From the NCBI GenBank assembly GCA_030599585.1, contig JAUVNS010000003.1, positions 256,001 to 320,000 on the forward strand: DNA of 64,000 nt, read 5' to 3'. A program made the position numbers and the translations under genes. Below are positions 19,240 through 28,998 of the stretch, piece by piece. Below the pieces are notes generated by a model. It did not search any database. It was not told the origin of the DNA and saw only the letters and a program-made list of their open reading frames with translations. This DNA is from Promethearchaeota archaeon (GTDB lineage Archaea; Asgardarchaeota; Lokiarchaeia; Sigyniarchaeales; SOKP01). How positions within the stretch are numbered: the stretch's first letter is position 1; every line of letters starts with the position of its first letter.

Positions 19240-20628
19240 TTATCGATTTTCTATTTCCCAAACTTCTTTTCCCCAATAATCAACCGGAAATCGATAATCA
19301 TCGCCTTTACTCTCTTCCAATGAACTTGTTGAAAAGAATAAAATTCTAGTGTCTTCTTCCAATGGCCTAAAACCATTCGCATATTTTGGTGGAATAAATA
19401 GTACTTGGGGTTTCTTATCAGATAAAATAAAACGATTCACTTTCTTATTCTTTGAAGGCGATTTAACATCGTCTAACTCTACAGCTGCGACTATAGCGGA
19501 GCCTTTTGCCACATAAACGTATTTAGCTTCTTTTAGATGCCCATGAAAAGCTCGGATCGTTGATGTTGAAAAATTTTGGACTTGATAAAAGCGCTTTACT
19601 CCGTAAAAATTAAAATCGTTGGCAAAGTTTAAACACCCTCTATCGTCTACCGCAACCCCTCCAGGAATAAGCCGAACATCTCTCATGCCAATATTTTTAG
19701 CTATGTAGACTCTCTCTGCTAATTTAAAATTGGAATATATCCCTTTATGCATCTCAAGAGCAGTCGGTGAGCTTTTAATTTCTTCAATAGCGTCGGAAAT
19801 AGTAAATTTAAATTCAAATCCGGTATTCAGCAATTTAGAGCTATCTACCATGTAACTCCTTTTATCACTGATGTTCTTATTAATTTCTACTTGACAGTTA
19901 GTAATCTCTTTTACTATTTCACTTAGTTTTAGTAGGCTTAAATTCTCACCTCGTACGTTATAAATTCCATTTAAATTATTCTTGATAACGTGAACAATAA
20001 CTCTCGATATATCTCTTATATGAACAAACGGGCGTTCTTGTTCTCCTCCAAATACGGTTATTTTATTAAATTTTACAGCCCGCGCAGCAAATGTGTTAAC
20101 AACAAGATCATATCTCATTCTTGGACTTAAACCATAGGCAGTTCCTAATCGAAGGATACAGAAATCTTCGCTGCATATATCTCGAACGATTCTCTCTTGA
20201 GTATACTTAGTTTGGCCATAAAAATCAATTGGAAACCCTTCGTTTTCCTCACTTACTATAACATTTGGTTCGCTTCCGTAAATGCTACAAGTACTGATGT
20301 GAACAATTTTTTTGTTATATTTATTACACATTTCAGCAACATGCCTGGTTCCAATACAATTTATATCAATAGCAAGATTTGTATCAATCAAACAAGCAGG
20401 ATCACCAACAACAGCGGCTAAATTTACGACTACATCTTGTTTTTGAATTATCTTTTTGAGATCTTCTTTATTTCTTGTATCAGCTTCGGTAAATATATTA
20501 GTTGGTTCTAACTCCTTATAAAGATGGTTATCTAATATTTCAACATTCCAACCTTCCTCTTTTATTATGTCGTATAAGACACTACCAATATACCCAAGTC
20601 CACCCACAAGTAAAACGTTTGGCGTCAT
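19240..20628 (-). CDS. Extended SDR nucleotide-sugar epimerase/reductase fused to a C-terminal cupin (RmlC/WxcM-like) domain
   Basis: GGLGYIG, LAAVVGDPAC, STCSIYG, YGQTK, SPRMRYDLVVN; C-terminal DDRG...RAFHGHxxE...LFIPPKYANGF cupin. Confidence 0.88.
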   Translation of the reverse strand: MTPNVLLVGGLGYIGSVLYDIIKEEGWNVEILDNHLYKELEPTNIFTEADTRNKEDLKKIIQKQDVVVNLAAVVGDPACLIDTNLAIDINCIGTRHVAEMCNKYNKKIVHISTCSIYGSEPNVIVSEENEGFPIDFYGQTKYTQERIVRDICSEDFCILRLGTAYGLSPRMRYDLVVNTFAARAVKFNKITVFGGEQERPFVHIRDISRVIVHVIKNNLNGIYNVRGENLSLLKLSEIVKEITNCQVEINKNISDKRSYMVDSSKLLNTGFEFKFTISDAIEEIKSSPTALEMHKGIYSNFKLAERVYIAKNIGMRDVRLIPGGVAVDDRGCLNFANDFNFYGVKRFYQVQNFSTSTIRAFHGHLKEAKYVYVAKGSAIVAAVELDDVKSPSKNKKVNRFILSDKKPQVLFIPPKYANGFRPLEEDTRILFFSTSSLEESKGDDYRFPVDYWGKEVWEIENR

Positions 20629-20879
20629 AATTCGATTACCTTCGAGATTTTCTAATTATTATCTACTTTATTCTAAATATTTTTTTTCTAATTATTTCAA
20701 TTTAATAATTTTAAAAATAAAAATTAATGTAAAATCTTTTAATTAGTGAGAATAATAAGAACTTTGAAATCGTTTCATCTCAATTTGATGTTTACTGACA
20801 TATTGGGACTAGGATATTAACTTTTAAATAAATTGTATTTTTTTAATAAAGTAATAGTTAAATTTGATTCGATTAAGAT

Positions 20880-22097
20880 ATGAATATTCTTGGATTGCAA
20901 GAAACTGATTGGTTAACTCGGGGACCGCACACGCAACATCATATATTTGAAAGATTGTCAAAGAACCCTAATTTTAAAGTTACTGTATTTGATTATGATA
21001 TCGATAAAATAATGCGGTTAAAATCGCTAATTATAAAAAAGCGTATTTACTTTAACATAGATCGAGCAGTAGAAAATTCAAATGTTATTATAATTCGAAC
21101 AGCGCACATTCAAGTGCCATATTTAAGAAGATTATCTTCTTTAATAACAAATTTTTTTGGAACATTAGCATTTTTTAGGAGAAATCGGCCAGATTTTATC
21201 CTAGGATTTTCAATAACAAACGGAGCTATAGGGTTATTATTAGCGAAGTTATTTAGAATCCCCTACATATTTTACTATATAGATTTGTTACACACGCTCG
21301 TCCCAGTGTCTTACGCTCAATACTTTGCTAGATTGATTTCACGATTTTTATTTAAAAACTCAGATCGCGTAATTGTTGTTACTAAACCGCTTCAAAAATA
21401 TGTCTTAAACGAAGGCGCTCCTACAGAGAGGGTTAAAATCCTTTTAAATGGGATATCCCTTGAAAATACGATTGTAGATAAACAAAGACTTAGAGCTCTG
21501 AAATCTAATATCTCAAAAGAAGACGATGATTTTGTTATTTTATATCTGGGTTATCTCTATGATTTTGCTGGATTAAAAGAAATAATTGATTATTATAATG
21601 CCGATGTAAAAAGCGGCAAATTAAATATTAAATTTTTAATTGTTGGCGATGGTGGAATTTACAATAGTTTAATTAACCACGTTAAAGAGATTAACGCAGA
21701 TTGGGTAATTCTAACGGGTAAGGTTCCATTTTTCGAAATAACAGAGTACATTGAATTAGCAGATTTATGCTTGATGAGTTTTGAACTTAACGACGTTACA
21801 AAGGACATTACTCCTGTAAAAGTAATGGAATATATGGCAATGAAAAAACCTGTTTTATCAACTAGCCTACCAAGTGTAGTTCGTGAAATAGGAAAAAACA
21901 ACGGAGTAATTTTTGCTCAAAGCCAAAAAGAATTAGTAGAAAAAATTAGAGATTTAACAAAAGAAAAAGAAAAATTAAAAAATATCGGTCTACAAGGCTA
22001 CGAATTAATTAAGAAGCATTATATGTGGCCAAATATTTTGAAAGATTTGAAAAAAATAATGCTCGATTTGATTAAAGAAAAAAAACAAGTAAGTTAA
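20880..22097 (+). CDS. GT4 glycosyltransferase
   Basis: LLNG, IVGDG, PVKVMEYMAMKKPVL. Confidence 0.9.
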   Translation: MNILGLQETDWLTRGPHTQHHIFERLSKNPNFKVTVFDYDIDKIMRLKSLIIKKRIYFNIDRAVENSNVIIIRTAHIQVPYLRRLSSLITNFFGTLAFFRRNRPDFILGFSITNGAIGLLLAKLFRIPYIFYYIDLLHTLVPVSYAQYFARLISRFLFKNSDRVIVVTKPLQKYVLNEGAPTERVKILLNGISLENTIVDKQRLRALKSNISKEDDDFVILYLGYLYDFAGLKEIIDYYNADVKSGKLNIKFLIVGDGGIYNSLINHVKEINADWVILTGKVPFFEITEYIELADLCLMSFELNDVTKDITPVKVMEYMAMKKPVLSTSLPSVVREIGKNNGVIFAQSQKELVEKIRDLTKEKEKLKNIGLQGYELIKKHYMWPNILKDLKKIMLDLIKEKKQVS

Positions 22098-22108
22098 TAT
22101 AGAATTTA

Positions 22109-23299
22109 TTGGAGAACCAAGACCTTATGATTAATGTTGCAATATTAACACCGTTTTTTACTGGCCAATTAGGAGGACCATATAATGTTATGATGGAAAT
22201 TACACCTATCCTTGAAAAGAAAGGAATATCTACCTATATATTTACATCATCATCCATCAAGAAATTTGGACGAAAAAGAACCGAATTTTACGAAGAAAAA
22301 AGTAATAATTTCAAAATTTATCGTTTCAATTCATATTTCAGATTCAAAGAATATAGAATTTCTCTAAGTTTGCTACCGTTTCTATTAAAAGATAAGTTAA
22401 AGATTGATATTATCCATTCTCGTTCTTTAAGAAGCTTTCAAGAAGATATTGGAGCAATAATTTCACTTACTAAAAAAAAACCATTTATTATTACTCCTCA
22501 CGGAGGGATAAATATAAATTGGGATTACGGAGATAAAATTCCAAAAATGATCTCAGATAAAACAATTGGGTATCTTAAGAAAATCTTAAAACCACACTAT
22601 ATAGCAGTATCAAAAATAGAGACACATCTACTAAAGAAGTTTGGTGTTGATGATGACCACATACATTTTATTCCTCATGGTGTAAATACAGATATTTTCA
22701 AGCTTGTTAACTCGAGTAATCTAAAGAAAAGATATAACTTGGAAAATTCTGATATTATCCTTTATGTTGGACGCATTGCTAAAGGGAAGGGAGTAGATAA
22801 ATTAATAAAAATTCTAAGTTTAGTACGTAAGAAAAATAAGCAAGTAAAATTGGTTATAGTTGGAGGAGATGCGGGTTATCTTCATATAGTAAAAAATCTT
22901 ATTCAAATACATAATCTCTCAAAACACGTTATTATTACAGGATATATTCCAAAATCTCAATTGCCAGAATATTATTCCATGGCAGATCTAGTTATTTACC
23001 CCTCTCGGCAAGAAATATTTGGCCACGTGATTTGCGAAGCAATGGCATGTGGAAAGGTTGTAATTGGTTCGGATATCATGGGTCCAAGTGAAATAATTTT
23101 AGATGAAAAAACAGGTTATACTTCTGACTTTAAGAATCTAAATAAAGTTAGTGAAATCATTATAAATTTATTTACTAATAGAGAACTTTTAAATCAAATG
23201 GGAAAGAAAGGTCTTGAACGTGTAAAAAGATATTATACTTGGGAAAAAGCAGCTAATTTGCACCTTGACCTATATAAGAAAGTTCTTAATTTAAATTAA
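22109..23299 (+). CDS. GT4 glycosyltransferase
   Basis: TPHG, IPHGV, YVGRIAKGKG, PSRQEIFGHVICEAMACGK. Confidence 0.92.
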   Translation: MENQDLMINVAILTPFFTGQLGGPYNVMMEITPILEKKGISTYIFTSSSIKKFGRKRTEFYEEKSNNFKIYRFNSYFRFKEYRISLSLLPFLLKDKLKIDIIHSRSLRSFQEDIGAIISLTKKKPFIITPHGGININWDYGDKIPKMISDKTIGYLKKILKPHYIAVSKIETHLLKKFGVDDDHIHFIPHGVNTDIFKLVNSSNLKKRYNLENSDIILYVGRIAKGKGVDKLIKILSLVRKKNKQVKLVIVGGDAGYLHIVKNLIQIHNLSKHVIITGYIPKSQLPEYYSMADLVIYPSRQEIFGHVICEAMACGKVVIGSDIMGPSEIILDEKTGYTSDFKNLNKVSEIIINLFTNRELLNQMGKKGLERVKRYYTWEKAANLHLDLYKKVLNLN

Positions 23300-24287
23300 A
23301 ATTCTTCAATTTATCGCGCAAATATTTAATAATATTTTTGATTTTGGTTGAATAATTTCTTATATTTATTAAATCTTGAAAAATATAATAATAATTAACC
23401 ATTTGAGCTTTTGTAGCGGGTATACTATTTAAATTTATGAAATTTCCTTCTTTACATTTAGTTCCTATAATATTAATATTCCAATTTTTACCGTGGGTGA
23501 CCCATTGATAAGATGTATCAATATGAATTACATTCAAATTACAAAGTGTAAACAATTTGAACAGACTTTCTTCAGAAAAAAAATTGATATGTGTTAAAGG
23601 CTCCATTAAAAATCTCCATTCTCTTACACATCCAAGGGGAACTTCTACATAGATAAGTCCATCATTCTTTAAATATTTGCATAAATAATCCAAAAACTCT
23701 TTAGGATTAATAATATGCTCTAAAGTATGAAGTAAAAAAATAATATCAAATGAATCTTCTTTTTCAAGATGATCTAAATCTTTTCCTAAATATTCTATTC
23801 CATTAGGTAATTTCCATTTACTGTAGTCTACAACATAGCATTTATATTTATTTTTAAAAGGAATAAGGAGATGTCCCCCTGCTCCACCATAATCTAAAAT
23901 TCTTGGTTTAAAATTTGAATTTTGGCTATAAAATTTATTTATTAATTTATAAATTCGCTGAGCTCTAATATCTAAATTATACATTGGATTCTTTTGTAGA
24001 ATGTTTTCTACTGACTTCATTTCAGTGAGAAATGAATATTTAATTTTAAACTCGCCTTCCGAAAATCTTGGATTAAGGAATATAAAACCACATGAATTAC
24101 ATAAAGTTATGTAAAAGTTTGCAGAATTGTTATTACTTAAAATTTTATTAAAAAGTATCCATAATCTTGAATTTATAGAATCATCTAAATAATTCTTAAA
24201 ATCATTGCCAGGATTTCTGAACTTATAATTAATTAATGTTTCATAATTTTGTGAGTTACAAACTGGACAATATTTTGAGAATCTCAT
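23286..24287 (-). CDS. Class I SAM-dependent methyltransferase with N-terminal Zn ribbon
   Basis: CPVC...CNSCG, ILDYGGAGG, HTLEH, YVEVP, HINFFS. Confidence 0.88.
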   Translation of the reverse strand: MRFSKYCPVCNSQNYETLINYKFRNPGNDFKNYLDDSINSRLWILFNKILSNNNSANFYITLCNSCGFIFLNPRFSEGEFKIKYSFLTEMKSVENILQKNPMYNLDIRAQRIYKLINKFYSQNSNFKPRILDYGGAGGHLLIPFKNKYKCYVVDYSKWKLPNGIEYLGKDLDHLEKEDSFDIIFLLHTLEHIINPKEFLDYLCKYLKNDGLIYVEVPLGCVREWRFLMEPLTHINFFSEESLFKLFTLCNLNVIHIDTSYQWVTHGKNWNINIIGTKCKEGNFINLNSIPATKAQMVNYYYIFQDLINIRNYSTKIKNIIKYLRDKLKNFNLN

Positions 24288-24290
24288 TTT

Positions 24291-24376
24291 CTACATTTTC
24301 AATAAAATTTTAGTTTTTAATTAATAATAAAATATCTATATTTTCAATAAAATTTTAGTTTTTTAATAATAAAATA
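24291..24376. repeat. Imperfect ~45-bp tandem direct repeat immediately upstream of the methyltransferase start
   Basis: ctacattttcaataaaattttagtttttaattaataataaaata followed by ctatattttcaataaaattttagttttttaataataaaata. Confidence 0.8.
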
Positions 24377-24455
24377 AATCTTGTGAAATTCTTAATTTAA
24401 CTAATATCAAGTGTTAGTAAATCGTTTGTCGAGAATATTTATGCATTTGCAAAAT

Positions 24456-24554
24456 GAAGCAATGGCATGTAAAAAACCTTTGATCAGATCAAATATTAGA
24501 GAGAGGGTTTCACTAATAAAAAGGTATTATACACACAATAAACATAAAAACTAA
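24456..24554 (+). pseudogene. Relic fragment of a GT4 gene
   Basis: Reads EAMACKKPLIRSNIRERVSLIKRYYT...; gaagcaatggcatgt is identical to the EAMAC-coding sequence of GT4 22109..23299, whose C-terminus contains ERVKRYYT. Confidence 0.6.
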
Positions 24555-24584
24555 TAGAAATCTAATATTTTACCTTGTTGTATT

Positions 24585-25853
24585 ATGAAAAACCAGATTA
24601 TTAGCATTATATGGAACATATTTAATAAAATCCCTAATTTGAAAGAACGCTTATTTAGGTTCTATGCTTGGAAAATCTTCGAGAAAGTTCCAAAACTTAA
24701 GGATTTAATATATAAAATTTATGATAGATTCTGGTTCTTAGAACTTTTAATAGATAACGATCAATTTAACCCTTTAGACCTACAAACAAACAATTATGAA
24801 CTTGATTTGGGAAAAATAAACTTTGTAGTTAACAATTATCAAGCAAATGATATGTCTAAATTACCAAATGAGTGGGATCTTGTTCCAAATATAACCCGAA
24901 TTGAAGATACAAATGAATTTCAATTAATTAAGAAACATTTCACTGATAATGTGGATTGGAAGGAGATTAATGAATATAAATATTTTAGAAATATTTTATC
25001 CAATAACCAGAAGATTCTAAATTGTTCAAATGAGCAAGAATTTATTACATATTTAAAATCATTAGATGATTCATTTCAAAAATTGATGAGAGATGAATCG
25101 ACATCAGTACATTATGGTTTTAAAGTTGGTGTTGGAAGATTTGGAGAGTTTATGCTGCTTGATGATATTTTCCTAATTTCTCTTTTTATAATAATTAGTA
25201 TTAAAAAAATAGCTATAGAGGTAGTTCTTAGACACCCTTTATGGATTAAATTTAGTAGTGAATTTTTAAGATTTCAATCCGTTCACGGCGAACTTTATCA
25301 ACCACTAATACATCCCGATTTAAGATTTGAGTCGTCTTACACAGATCAAAGATTCTTAATTATACTAGAGAACCTTGCTATTACTAATGGAGCGCTATTA
25401 GATATTGGGGCCAATCTCGCCTATTTTTGCCATAAATTCGAAGATTTAGGATTTGACTGCTATGCTGTTGAAATTCGGCCGAGTAATGTTCATTACATGA
25501 AGAAGTTAAGAGATATTGAAGGAAAAAAATTCAAAATAATAAATAAATCAATTTTTGATTTGAATCTAAAACTCGATTTTGATATCGTACTTGCTCTCAA
25601 CATATTTCATCATTTCTTAAGAGAAAAGGAACTCTATCAGAATTTAATTGAATTTTTAGGTAGTTTGAAACTAAAGACGATGTATTTTCAACCACACGAC
25701 CCTAGTGAGAAGATAATGCGCAACGCTTATGTGAACTACGATAACGAGCAGTTTGTCAGGTTTATAATTAAATACTCGTGTTTAAATAAATTTGAACTAA
25801 TAAATAAACAATCTGACGGAAGAAATAGACCAATATATAAGATTTTCAAATAA
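24585..25853 (+). CDS. Two-domain protein: N-terminal degenerate ParB/Srx-like region plus C-terminal class I methyltransferase
   Basis: C-terminal LLDIGANLAYF...FDIVLALNIFHHF; N-terminal VGVGRFGE...VVLRHPLW pattern. Confidence 0.7.
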   Translation: MKNQIISIIWNIFNKIPNLKERLFRFYAWKIFEKVPKLKDLIYKIYDRFWFLELLIDNDQFNPLDLQTNNYELDLGKINFVVNNYQANDMSKLPNEWDLVPNITRIEDTNEFQLIKKHFTDNVDWKEINEYKYFRNILSNNQKILNCSNEQEFITYLKSLDDSFQKLMRDESTSVHYGFKVGVGRFGEFMLLDDIFLISLFIIISIKKIAIEVVLRHPLWIKFSSEFLRFQSVHGELYQPLIHPDLRFESSYTDQRFLIILENLAITNGALLDIGANLAYFCHKFEDLGFDCYAVEIRPSNVHYMKKLRDIEGKKFKIINKSIFDLNLKLDFDIVLALNIFHHFLREKELYQNLIEFLGSLKLKTMYFQPHDPSEKIMRNAYVNYDNEQFVRFIIKYSCLNKFELINKQSDGRNRPIYKIFK

Positions 25854-27195
25854 ATTCTGTTTTTTCTTTAAACACTTCTTTTAGAACTCTCCCGTCGATG
25901 TCAGAAGGTATTGGTTGACTACATAACGCTAAAATTGTTGGTGTAATATCGTACGGAGTTATTTCTTTAGTTCTAAACCCCTCTTTAATGTGAGGTCCAT
26001 TAAATATAAACACTCCGTTGTCTTCCGAATGCGTACCAGTGTGTCCTGGGTTGAAATCGATGATAGAATTTAAACTCGCGGTTTTCTTATTTGGTAAATC
26101 AACTTTTAAACTTTTATTATCTCCAAAAACATCATTTATTCTAATTATTAACTTATTTTCGTAAGATTTGATAGTGAAAAGTTCAATTCCTTCGCATCTA
26201 ATCGATTCAATTGCTTTTTCGAAATCTCTTAACGAGACTAGTGAGTCAGGTCTTGACCGAAAAACCACGCTTTCTGTCATGTAGATGCCGTAAACGTCGT
26301 AATAAAAACCAAGTTCTCTTAATAGATTTAAGATATTGATCGCTCGATAACTTCTTTGATTTTTTTTTTCCTTTATTTTAAATCCATGGTCAGAGCAGAT
26401 AATTAAATGAAAATTGTTCTTTTTAGCATAGCTATTTACTTTTCCCACGAATTTATCTATAATTTTATAAGTATTAGGAACAACCTCAGAATATTTTGAT
26501 TCCTCCCCCTTCTTTCTCCAATATATGTGTCCAAGGGTATCAAACGAATAATCAAAAAATACAGAAAAATCCAAGGGATATTTTTTTAATAATCTGTAAT
26601 ACAAATTTGTATGAATTATTAATTCTAATTCTTTTAAAAGATGCATTCTTTCCTCCAAACCTTTTTTAAAAGCTAATATCATGCTTCTTTTTATTATTTT
26701 AAGAAGCTGTGTTAGTGGTAATCCAAACCTCACAAGTTTCCAAAAAAGTTTAATCATAAAAGATATAGAGTACTTCTCTGATCGTGCTTTTATATCTAAT
26801 TCACCAATAAAATTGAGACTCTGAGGATAAGTACTTTTCTCTAAAAGTAAGGGGTTGGGTACGCAAAAACCGTCAAATTTTTTAGCAGACCAAACACTCA
26901 ACGGTCTATAAACGCCGATTCTGAAGCCCTTTTCGTTTAATAAATCCCATATTTGATCGGTTTTTAAATCTTCCTCTTTAGAATAAAAATCTCGTATTCC
27001 ATGCTTTTCTACTTTTTTTCCGGTAAAAATAGAGCAGAAAATTTTAGGAGAACTTAAAAACCCTTCTGCTCTCATAACAGTGGAAACACCTGTATCGATG
27101 AGTCTTCGAAAGTTTTTAAGTCGGTTGACAGAGAGGAGCTCATCAATCATATTCCAACTAAGACCATCTAAAGCTAAAAATATGACTCTTTCCAT
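25846..27195 (-). CDS. Alkaline phosphatase superfamily protein (type I phosphodiesterase/nucleotide pyrophosphatase-like)
   Basis: LALDGL, SSPKIFCSIFTG, DTLGH, CSDHGF, GTH, DITPTIL, DGRVL. Confidence 0.85.
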   Translation of the reverse strand: MERVIFLALDGLSWNMIDELLSVNRLKNFRRLIDTGVSTVMRAEGFLSSPKIFCSIFTGKKVEKHGIRDFYSKEEDLKTDQIWDLLNEKGFRIGVYRPLSVWSAKKFDGFCVPNPLLLEKSTYPQSLNFIGELDIKARSEKYSISFMIKLFWKLVRFGLPLTQLLKIIKRSMILAFKKGLEERMHLLKELELIIHTNLYYRLLKKYPLDFSVFFDYSFDTLGHIYWRKKGEESKYSEVVPNTYKIIDKFVGKVNSYAKKNNFHLIICSDHGFKIKEKKNQRSYRAINILNLLRELGFYYDVYGIYMTESVVFRSRPDSLVSLRDFEKAIESIRCEGIELFTIKSYENKLIIRINDVFGDNKSLKVDLPNKKTASLNSIIDFNPGHTGTHSEDNGVFIFNGPHIKEGFRTKEITPYDITPTILALCSQPIPSDIDGRVLKEVFKEKTEFI

Positions 27196-27330
27196 AATTA
27201 ACCTAATTAATTTAATTAAAAAAATTTGATAAAATTTACTAAAAAATAAGCTGGAGATTTAAAATATAATAAAAGCCCAAATAAAAATTTTTATTTTATA
27301 TGTTAATTTCTCTTATTTCTAAGATATTGG

Positions 27331-28971
27331 ATGAGATATATGAAGGATTCTGAGAAAGTCGGAATTATTAGCACAGATCATAGAAAATTTGCTAAAAATG
27401 CCTTTTACTCTTTGTTCAATAGTTATGGAATTTTTATTTTTCAAATAATTATTTCTTTTTTTATGGCGAGATTAATTTCGCGAGAATTATGGGGTTTTTT
27501 GCTTTTAGCAATGTCCTACATTAGCATTGTTTCACTAATATTATCTTTTTTTCCTCCAGCTCTAACTTTTTCATTAAATTATTATATTCCAAGATATGTT
27601 ACTTTGAATCAAAATAATAACTTAAAAAGGATGATAAAAGTCGGTCTTTATCTTAAAGCTATATTTGCATTAATAATTTTTTTCATAAGTTTAATTATAT
27701 TTTATATATTGCAACCCTTTTTTGCTACATATTTATTAGACTACACTCATCTTTTATTCCTTTTATCACCTCTCATTTTTATAATGGGCTTAAGTACCTT
27801 ATTAGATTCTATTTACCAGGGCTTATTTAAATATAAACTAATCTTCCTCTTAACCTTATTAAAATTTTCTTTTTATATTACGGCTCTTATAATATGTTTA
27901 ATATCTGGAATAACTAATCTTGAATTAATTGCGATAATAAATTTATTGTCATACCTAATTCCATTTATAATTAGCTGTCTAATTTTTATAAAAATTTATT
28001 TAAATATTAAACCTACTGAAGAACCAAAAGACTCTTTTAAAAAGGTTCTTTCTAAAATGACAAAATATGGAACTCCTTTAAGTATTAGTATATTCTTAAA
28101 TGAAACTTGGAAACAATTTCAGACTCCTATAATAGGTGGGTATGAACCCCTAAGTACAATAACTGGTTTTACTATCTCAAAATATTATTCTCAAATCTCT
28201 CTAACTGCAGCAGCGTCTTTTTCCAACCCCTTAATCACATCTTTTTCCAGTTTAGATATTAAAAATGAACACAAACAAATTGTTCAAATATATAATATGA
28301 CCTTTAAATTTTCGTTATTTTTTATGTTATTAATTTCAGGGGGATTATACATTTTAACTGATTTTTTTCTAATGTTGGTTTATGGAGAATCATACTTAAT
28401 TTACTCAACAATTGTTAAATTATACTTAATAACGATAATTTTTACAATTTTAGGAAACATATTTATACCACTCTTAAATGCAAAAAACAAGATCAAAATT
28501 ATACCCTTATTAACAATTATCAATTTATTCATAATTATACCCTCCTTCTTTATTGGAATTATTTTTTATGGTATAATTGGTGCTATCATTGGCCTTATAA
28601 TCTCAAAATTCATTGTATTCATAATTCAGCTTATATTAAGCATTAAAATTGGAAATGTTAAAATAAAAATCAATAAAATATTTTTCCAATATTTGATATT
28701 TTTTATTTCTTTATTCTCAGCTGTTATTTTGGAAGAACTATTATTCAGAGAGATGCGAATAGATGTTCTCCAAAATCTTAATTTATTATTTTTTAAAAAT
28801 CTAAATGTATTAGGTTTAATATCGTTCCTAATAATATATCTTATTTTGAACATACTTTTTAAAATTTTTTCTCCCAAAGAAATCGAAATTTTAGAAGCTT
28901 TACTAAGTTCTGATAAATTCCAATATCGTTTTATCAAGAAGTTTTTGAAATTCTTAAAAAAAATCCTATAA
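27331..28971 (+). CDS. MOP-superfamily oligosaccharide flippase (Wzx/AglR-like)
   Basis: ~14 hydrophobic segments; N-terminal FAKNAFYSLF...ARLI pattern; KYGTP; VYGESY. Confidence 0.88.
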   Translation: MRYMKDSEKVGIISTDHRKFAKNAFYSLFNSYGIFIFQIIISFFMARLISRELWGFLLLAMSYISIVSLILSFFPPALTFSLNYYIPRYVTLNQNNNLKRMIKVGLYLKAIFALIIFFISLIIFYILQPFFATYLLDYTHLLFLLSPLIFIMGLSTLLDSIYQGLFKYKLIFLLTLLKFSFYITALIICLISGITNLELIAIINLLSYLIPFIISCLIFIKIYLNIKPTEEPKDSFKKVLSKMTKYGTPLSISIFLNETWKQFQTPIIGGYEPLSTITGFTISKYYSQISLTAAASFSNPLITSFSSLDIKNEHKQIVQIYNMTFKFSLFFMLLISGGLYILTDFFLMLVYGESYLIYSTIVKLYLITIIFTILGNIFIPLLNAKNKIKIIPLLTIINLFIIIPSFFIGIIFYGIIGAIIGLIISKFIVFIIQLILSIKIGNVKIKINKIFFQYLIFFISLFSAVILEELLFREMRIDVLQNLNLLFFKNLNVLGLISFLIIYLILNILFKIFSPKEIEILEALLSSDKFQYRFIKKFLKFLKKIL

Positions 28972-28998
28972 GAGATAGAGCTGTTAAGTATCTCTTTT

